Shown one piece after another: positions 54,727 to 60,272 of a stretch of DNA of 60,272 nucleotides (positions are counted from its first letter, which is position 1; each line of letters opens with the position of its first letter). Where the stretch lies: the NCBI GenBank assembly GCA_000991205.1, contig LBRC01000004.1, forward strand, positions 1-60,272, in the 5' to 3' direction. This DNA comes from Parcubacteria group bacterium GW2011_GWA2_36_10. GTDB lineage: Bacteria > Patescibacteriota > Patescibacteriia > UBA1558 > GWA2-36-10. The notes below the pieces were generated by a model. The model made no database searches and was not told the DNA's origin. It saw only the letters and a list, made by a program, of their open reading frames with translations. Both the position numbers and the translations under genes were made by a program.

Positions 54727-56115
54727 ATGGAAAATGAACGAAAATTTGATAAAGTAGTAGCCCTAGCAAAAGCTAGAGGATTTGTTTTTCCTTCGTCAGA
54801 AATTTATGGCGGCTTAGGCTCTATTAATGACTACGGCCCTTTAGGGGTAGAGCTCAAAAATAACATCAAAAAAGCTTGGTGGGACTTTATGTTAAGTCAC
54901 CGCAATATCGTTGGTTTAGATTCTGGTATTTTGATGCACCCAAAGATCTGGGAAGCTTCCGGTCATGTAGCTGGCTTTTCTGATCCTTTAGTTGATTGTA
55001 AAAAATGCAAAAGCCGTTTTCGCGCTGATCATTTACTGGAAAGTTTAGGTATCAAGCCTGACTTTAGTCCGGGATCTAAAATAGACATGAAAAAATTAGC
55101 TTGTCCAGAATGTAAAGGTGAGCTGACCGATGTCAGACAATTTAATCTGATGTTTAAGACTTTTATTGGTCCAGTAGAAAATCAGGCCAATCAAGTTTAT
55201 TTACGTCCCGAAACTGCCCAAGGTATTTATGTCAATTTCTTAAATGTCAAAGACAGTATGCGCCTAAAAGTACCTTTTGGTATTGCCCAAATCGGCAAAG
55301 CTTTCCGTAATGAAATCACACCGGGCAATTTTATTTTCCGCATGCGTGAATTTGAACAAATGGAAATGCAGTATTTTGTGGAAGCCAAAGATAGCATGAA
55401 AGCTTTCCAAACTTGGCAAGATTTACGTAAGTCCTGGTATTTATCTTTGGGAATCAATGAAAAAAATTTACGTTTTAGAGAACATGCTAAGGATGAGTTA
55501 GCGCACTATGCTAAGGCCGCTGTCGATATCGAATACAACTTTGGTTTTTCTGAAAACGAAGTTTTCAAAGAGCTAGAGGGTGTTCATCATCGTGGTGATT
55601 GGGATCTGGCTCGTCATCAAGAATACTCTGGTCAGAAATTGACTGTCAAAGATGAAGATAACAAAGACTATTTACCAAATGTCGTCGAGACCTCTATCGG
55701 GGCTGACCGTGCCTTTTTAGCTTTTATGCTGGAAGCTTATACCGAGATTGAAGGTGGAAGAACGACCACGACTGAAAGTAATAAAGCCAAAGAAGTGGTC
55801 TTAAAACTTCATCCAAGATTAGCGCCGATTAAAATCGCTATTTTGCCTTTGTCTAAAAAAGACAATCTGTCAGCTAAAGCGGAAAGTATTTATGCCGAGC
55901 TAAGCAAATCTTATCGCGTACAATATGATGAAACGGGCTCGATCGGGAAACGTTATCGTCGCCAAGACGAAATCGGCACGCCATATTGTCTCACCGTTGA
56001 TTTCGATACTTTGGAAAATAATAAAGTGACAGTCAGAGACAGGGATACGATGAAGCAAGATTTAGTTGATATCGCTGAACTCAAAGCTTATTTTTTAGAA
56101 AAATTTAACTTTTAA
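54727..56115 (+). CDS. glyQS: Glycyl-tRNA synthetase (alpha2 dimeric type)
   Basis: 462 aa. Class II motifs (FRNEITPGNFIFRMREFEQME, GADR) and an anticodon-binding C-terminus. Confidence 0.92.
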   Translation: MENERKFDKVVALAKARGFVFPSSEIYGGLGSINDYGPLGVELKNNIKKAWWDFMLSHRNIVGLDSGILMHPKIWEASGHVAGFSDPLVDCKKCKSRFRADHLLESLGIKPDFSPGSKIDMKKLACPECKGELTDVRQFNLMFKTFIGPVENQANQVYLRPETAQGIYVNFLNVKDSMRLKVPFGIAQIGKAFRNEITPGNFIFRMREFEQMEMQYFVEAKDSMKAFQTWQDLRKSWYLSLGINEKNLRFREHAKDELAHYAKAAVDIEYNFGFSENEVFKELEGVHHRGDWDLARHQEYSGQKLTVKDEDNKDYLPNVVETSIGADRAFLAFMLEAYTEIEGGRTTTTESNKAKEVVLKLHPRLAPIKIAILPLSKKDNLSAKAESIYAELSKSYRVQYDETGSIGKRYRRQDEIGTPYCLTVDFDTLENNKVTVRDRDTMKQDLVDIAELKAYFLEKFNF

Positions 56116-56128
56116 AAAACAAAAATTT

Positions 56129-56800
56129 ATGGCAGTAAATAATCAAGTCTTACAAAAAATGGTCGCTCAAGCTAATCAGCAACCACCAAAAGATGGGGTT
56201 GGGGGCAAAGTGGCAGCAGTTTTATTGACCGCTATTATCATCGGTGGTGGTGTCTGGGCTTATGATAACTTTATGGTGATCAAAGTCAAAGACCAAGCTT
56301 TGATCGAGGCCACTAATAAAGCAGCCGAGTTAGATAACCAAAACAAAAATTTAGCTCAACAGCTAAATGATTTAAATCAAGCCAAAGAAGAAGAGGCTAA
56401 AAAAATGTTGCTTTATAGCAATGCTCAATATGGCTATAGTTTAAGTTATCCAATAAACTATACTATGCTTGATAAATCAGTGATGAGTGGTAATACAAAT
56501 ATTCATCAAATATTATTTACTGGTCAAGATAGCAATAGCATCATGCTTAGAGTGAACACGGAAAAAGAAATAACTGCTTACAGGGATCAAGAACCAACTA
56601 GTGTTATCGATGTCGCTGGTATGACAGCCAATAAATATGTGTTTGCCAATGGTATTTGTGATGGTCCTGGCTGTAGCTTGCCAGTCGTAGCTGTCAAAGT
56701 TTACAAAGACGGTAAAGCTTATATTTTAGAGTTTTATAATGTCACAGACATTACCGATCAAAATCTAGAGATTTTAAAAAGTTTTCAATTTAATAATTAA
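56129..56800 (+). CDS. Membrane-anchored coiled-coil protein, paralog of 29205..29822
   Basis: 223 aa with a TM anchor, a coiled coil (NKAAELDNQNKNLAQQLNDLNQAKEEE), then YSNAQYGYSLSYP. Confidence 0.6.
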   Translation: MAVNNQVLQKMVAQANQQPPKDGVGGKVAAVLLTAIIIGGGVWAYDNFMVIKVKDQALIEATNKAAELDNQNKNLAQQLNDLNQAKEEEAKKMLLYSNAQYGYSLSYPINYTMLDKSVMSGNTNIHQILFTGQDSNSIMLRVNTEKEITAYRDQEPTSVIDVAGMTANKYVFANGICDGPGCSLPVVAVKVYKDGKAYILEFYNVTDITDQNLEILKSFQFNN

Positions 56801-56809
56801 TTTATTTTA

Positions 56810-57961
56810 ATGCATCAAAGAATAGTCAGAAAAGATGGGAGTGTCATTATTTTATTGCCTAAAACAGATACTAAGGCAATTACTTTTGAAACTCTTTATA
56901 AAGTAGGTTCACGTAACGAAGATCAGAAATTAAACGGTGTTTCTCATTTTGTGGAGCATATCAAAGCAGACAACAGACATTTAGCCATGGCGGTCGAGAT
57001 GTTGGCTGACATGCTCCATAATTCTAAATTTGATAAAGCGGAAATGGACAAAGAGCGTGGGGTGATCATCGAAGAGATCAAAATGTACGAGGAGAATCCT
57101 TTGATGCATATCGAAGATGTCTTTGAAAGTTTGATTTTTCAAAATACAGTCTTGGGTCAAGAAATTGCGGGGCCAAAAATAAATATCAAGACTATTTCTC
57201 GTGATGCTTTGTATGCTTATTATCAAAAATATTATTACTCTGGTAATTTAGTTTTGAGTTTAGCGGGTAATTTTCAAACTAAACAAGCCTTAGCTTTAAT
57301 AAACAAATTTTTTCCTGTCAAAAAAACTAAAGCGCGAGTAAAAATTGAAGCTGTTAAAAAAATTTCACAAAAATCTCCACAAATCAAACTAATCAATCAG
57401 CCCCTAGAACAAACACAAATGATTTGGGGCTGGAAGAGCGTCAACAAAAAAGATAAAAAGTTTTTGAGCTTACAAGTGCTAGCCAATATTTTTGGTGGTA
57501 ATATGAGCTCACGTTTATTTTTACAGATTAGAGAAAGACGAGGCTTGTGCTATTCTATTCGCGCGGGCGTAAATGGCTATGAAGATATTTCTAGCTTTAA
57601 TATTCAAGCTGGTTTAAATAAAGATAAAATAGAAGAAGCACTCTTAGCTATCAAAGAAGAAATAAATAAAATCAAAACTACTGGAGTGTCAGCGGAAGAA
57701 TTAGCCCAAGCTAAAGAAAATATTCATGGTCGTTTGATTTTACGCCTAGAAAATCCTTCGGCTTATCTAGGATTTTTGTCTGATCAAGAGTTGTTTGGTC
57801 AAAAGCTCAAAACTTTGGAAGATTTGTTAAAAGCCGTAGATAAAATTACCTTAAAACAAATCAATGGCCTGGCCAAAGAAGTTTTTGTGATGTCCCAAAG
57901 TAATCTGGCTTTAATCGGCCCTTTTAAAGATAAAAATAAATTTTTAAAAATTATTAAATAA
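56810..57961 (+). CDS. M16-family (pitrilysin-like) peptidase homolog with an internal gap after the HxxEH motif
   Basis: The HFVEH zinc motif is followed directly by IKADNRHLAMAVEMLADM and EEIKMYEENP. About 37 conserved residues expected between them are absent. Confidence 0.8.
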   Translation: MHQRIVRKDGSVIILLPKTDTKAITFETLYKVGSRNEDQKLNGVSHFVEHIKADNRHLAMAVEMLADMLHNSKFDKAEMDKERGVIIEEIKMYEENPLMHIEDVFESLIFQNTVLGQEIAGPKINIKTISRDALYAYYQKYYYSGNLVLSLAGNFQTKQALALINKFFPVKKTKARVKIEAVKKISQKSPQIKLINQPLEQTQMIWGWKSVNKKDKKFLSLQVLANIFGGNMSSRLFLQIRERRGLCYSIRAGVNGYEDISSFNIQAGLNKDKIEEALLAIKEEINKIKTTGVSAEELAQAKENIHGRLILRLENPSAYLGFLSDQELFGQKLKTLEDLLKAVDKITLKQINGLAKEVFVMSQSNLALIGPFKDKNKFLKIIK

Positions 57962-57991
57962 AACTTAATCTCTATTCTGTGTATTACATTT

Positions 57992-58007
57992 CCCCGCGTA
58001 CGCGGGG
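57992..58007. repeat. GC palindrome CCCCGCGTACGCGGGG, copy 2
   Basis: Identical to 39185-39200. It lies in the spurious N-terminal extension of ORF 57979..59085. Confidence 0.85.
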
Positions 58008-58035
58008 AAAAGAAAATAGAATAGGCAATAAATTT

Positions 58036-59085
58036 ATGTCAGCAGAAAAAAGACAAGTCTCAATCTCTATTGGCACAATCTTAAAGACCATTATTGTCTT
58101 ATTAGTCTTAGGATTTTTATGGCTCATCAAAGATGTGCTAGCCTTATTATTTGTGGCTATTATTTTATCCGCTGCTTTTGATCCCATGGTTGACTATTTA
58201 CATCAGAAAAAAATTCCTCGCGCCTTAAGCGTTTTGGGTATTTACGTCATCTTTCTCTCATTAGTTGCTGGGGCAATTTTTTTATTAGCTGGTCCAGTGG
58301 TGCAACAAGTCAAAAATATTGCCTACGATGCTGATACCGCTCATTTTTATCAAAAAATAGAAGAAGGTTTACAAAATCTAAATCAGATTGGCCTAAAAGA
58401 AGGCGAGACCCAAAAAGCCCAAGGCTTATCAGTCTTGACCAATAGTCTGTCCAAGGCTACTTCTGGTATTTTTAGTTTTGTAGTGTCTTTGTTTGGTGGC
58501 GTTATTTCTTTCTTTATTATTTTAGTGATTACTTTTTATCTAGTAGCCGAAGAAGATGGTATGAAGCGTTTTATTCGCAATATTGTGCCTTGGCAACATC
58601 AGCCTTATGCTATGCAATTGATTAATAAGATTCAAAATCGCATGGGCTATTGGTTGCGGGGACAATTATTTTTATCTTTGATTGTTTTCTCGCTAGTTTA
58701 TTTAGGCTTAAGTATTTTAGGGGTAAAATATGCTTTGATCTTAGCTCTGGTTGCTGGTTTGTTTGAAATCATTCCTTATTTAGGGCCATTAATGTCAGCT
58801 ATACCGGCGGTATTTTTTGCTTTTGCGGAAAGCCCAAGCAAAGCTTTGATGGTGGTCGGTTTATACTTTTTGATTCAGCAAGCTGAAAATCATTTGATTG
58901 TCCCTAAGGTGATGGGTAAGTCCGTTGGTTTAAATCCGATTGTTGTGATTTTGAGTATTTTGATTGGTGCTCGTATCGGTGGCGCCGTGGGAGCTATTTT
59001 AGCAGTACCAGTTGCCACTGCTTTGTCAGTGTATTTTGAAGAATTAGTCGAAACTAAAACGCAAGCAGAAAATCGTTTAGAATAA
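58036..59085 (+). CDS. AI-2E family transporter (PerM-like permease)
   Basis: About 350 aa with 7-8 TM segments and a C-terminal IVPKVMGKSVGLNPIVVILS motif. The start is moved to ATG 58036, downstream of the intergenic hairpin. Confidence 0.75.
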   Translation: MSAEKRQVSISIGTILKTIIVLLVLGFLWLIKDVLALLFVAIILSAAFDPMVDYLHQKKIPRALSVLGIYVIFLSLVAGAIFLLAGPVVQQVKNIAYDADTAHFYQKIEEGLQNLNQIGLKEGETQKAQGLSVLTNSLSKATSGIFSFVVSLFGGVISFFIILVITFYLVAEEDGMKRFIRNIVPWQHQPYAMQLINKIQNRMGYWLRGQLFLSLIVFSLVYLGLSILGVKYALILALVAGLFEIIPYLGPLMSAIPAVFFAFAESPSKALMVVGLYFLIQQAENHLIVPKVMGKSVGLNPIVVILSILIGARIGGAVGAILAVPVATALSVYFEELVETKTQAENRLE

Positions 59086-59090
59086 TAGCA

Positions 59091-59774
59091 ATGTCAAATT
59101 TATATTTAGTCGCCACGCCGATTGGTAATCTAGCAGACATTACTCTACGTGCTAAAAATATTTTAGCCGAAGTTGATTTTATTTTAGCTGAAGATACTCG
59201 GGTCACCAAAAAACTTTTAGATCACTATGAGATTAAAACCAAGACTTTGACTTGGCACCAACATAGCAGTGATCATGATTGGCAAAAAATAAAAAGTCTT
59301 TTAGAGTCCGGCTCTAGTATCGCTTTAGTGACTGACGCTGGTACTCCCGGTGTATCTGATCCCGGTGGGCAGCTAGTTGCCAAGGTGGCACAAGAATTAG
59401 CGGAAGTAAAAATCATCCCTATTCCTGGTGCTTCAAGCTTGACGGCTATCATGTCAGTGGCTGGCATTGCTTTAGACGACTTTTTATTTTTAGGTTTTTT
59501 ACCACACAAAAAAGGTAGACAAACATTAATAACAGAAATCAAAGAGTCAAAAAGACCAGTGATATTTTTTGAGTCAGTCCATCGTATTTTAAAAGCCCTA
59601 GAATCTTTAGCAGATTGTGAAAAAAAATTAATCGTTGGTCGGGAGTTAACTAAAAATTTTGAAACTATTTATCGCGGCCAAGCCAAAGATATTTTAGCTA
59701 TTTTACAAAAAGATAAAAGCCAATTAAAAGGAGAATTTGTAATTATTGTCGATAATTATGTCAGAAAAAAATAA
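59091..59774 (+). CDS. rsmI: 16S rRNA (cytidine1402-2'-O)-methyltransferase RsmI
   Basis: LYLVATPIGNLADITLRA, AEDTR and TDAGTPGVSDPG motifs of the tetrapyrrole-methylase-fold RsmI family. Confidence 0.88.
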   Translation: MSNLYLVATPIGNLADITLRAKNILAEVDFILAEDTRVTKKLLDHYEIKTKTLTWHQHSSDHDWQKIKSLLESGSSIALVTDAGTPGVSDPGGQLVAKVAQELAEVKIIPIPGASSLTAIMSVAGIALDDFLFLGFLPHKKGRQTLITEIKESKRPVIFFESVHRILKALESLADCEKKLIVGRELTKNFETIYRGQAKDILAILQKDKSQLKGEFVIIVDNYVRKK

Positions 59775-60272
59775 GTATTACATCACCACACCGATTTATT
59801 ATGTTAATGATAAACCGCACATTGGACATGCTTACACCACTATTGTGGCTGATGTTTTAGCCCGACATTATCGTCAAAAACTAGGTAAAGATAATGTTTA
59901 TTTTTTGACTGGTACTGATGAGCATGGGGCAAAAATCGCTGAAAGCGCAGCGAAGCTAAATATTGATCCCCAGACTTTTACTGATCAAATCAGTGCACAG
60001 TTTAAAACTGCTTGGAAAAATTTAGATATTTCTTATGATCAATTTATCCGCACGACTGATGCAAAACATAAAAAAATTGTCCAAGAGATTTTAGTCAAAT
60101 TAAAAGCTGCTAAAACTCCACTTAATAATGATTGTTTATATCAAGCTGATTATGAGGGCTTGTATTGTGTTGGTTGTGAAAAGTTTATTTTAGCCAGTGA
60201 GCTGATAGATGGTTTATGTCCTGATCACAAGACCGAGCCGCAAAAATTAGCAGAAAAAAATTGGTTTTTTAA
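59758..60272 (+). CDS. metG: Methionyl-tRNA synthetase, N-terminal fragment (runs off the window)
   Basis: ATG at 59758 overlaps the rsmI end. YYITTPIYYVNDKPHIGHAYT (HIGH) and the CVGCEKF zinc knuckle. The frame is open to nt 60272. Confidence 0.9.
   Translation, partial: MSEKNKYYITTPIYYVNDKPHIGHAYTTIVADVLARHYRQKLGKDNVYFLTGTDEHGAKIAESAAKLNIDPQTFTDQISAQFKTAWKNLDISYDQFIRTTDAKHKKIVQEILVKLKAAKTPLNNDCLYQADYEGLYCVGCEKFILASELIDGLCPDHKTEPQKLAEKNWFF

Overview
This is an AT-rich, gene-dense 60 kb chromosomal window. The backbone is consistent with a small-genome Patescibacteria/CPR-type bacterium, but that is an inference from gene content and could not be checked against a database. It uses the standard genetic code. 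Housekeeping genes present are uvrA (partial), groES-groEL behind a perfect CIRCE operator, ppsA, dnaG-rpoD, rel, topA, folC, dprA, ileS, recO, tgt, glyQS, rsmI and metG (partial). There are six tRNAs with encoded CCA and many small membrane or hypothetical proteins. I saw no rRNA, CRISPR array, integrase, transposase or reverse transcriptase.

Five things stand out.

(1) Six plus-strand ORFs in four loci (8.5-9.5 kb, 28.6-29.0 kb, 31.35-31.77 kb, 52.1-54.5 kb) have clearly foreign, GC3-rich composition. Each has a strong RBS and its own hairpin plus T-run terminator, and four also have a sigma70-like promoter (good to consensus at 28552, 52070 and 52993, weaker at 8500); the 9058 and 31371 ORFs lack a convincing one. 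Four encode 105-121 aa orphans. The other two encode secreted proteins, one a beta-helix protein ending in a T9SS-type C-terminal sorting domain that makes no sense in this backbone. The 31.4 kb cassette is bracketed by a perfect 10-bp inverted repeat and leaves the rel gene without a start codon.

(2) At least five conserved genes (groEL, parA, parB, a Clp-like AAA+ gene and an M16 peptidase) each lack a roughly 35-50 aa conserved internal block. In parA and parB this also causes a frameshift. This is either gene decay or collapsed assembly gaps.

(3) The window is peppered with families of short GC-rich palindromes. Some lie in frame inside coding regions, one family supplies the C-terminus and stop codon of two unrelated genes, and another sits directly after the CCA end of three tRNAs.

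(4) A 2.6 kb accessory segment carries a class II Fic gene and an HTH-Panacea antitoxin with a RelE-like toxin.

(5) Smaller oddities are a Tgt that has lost all four zinc ligands and an initiator-like tRNA with C1:U72 and C33.

All functional calls come from motif recognition by eye. No searches were run.
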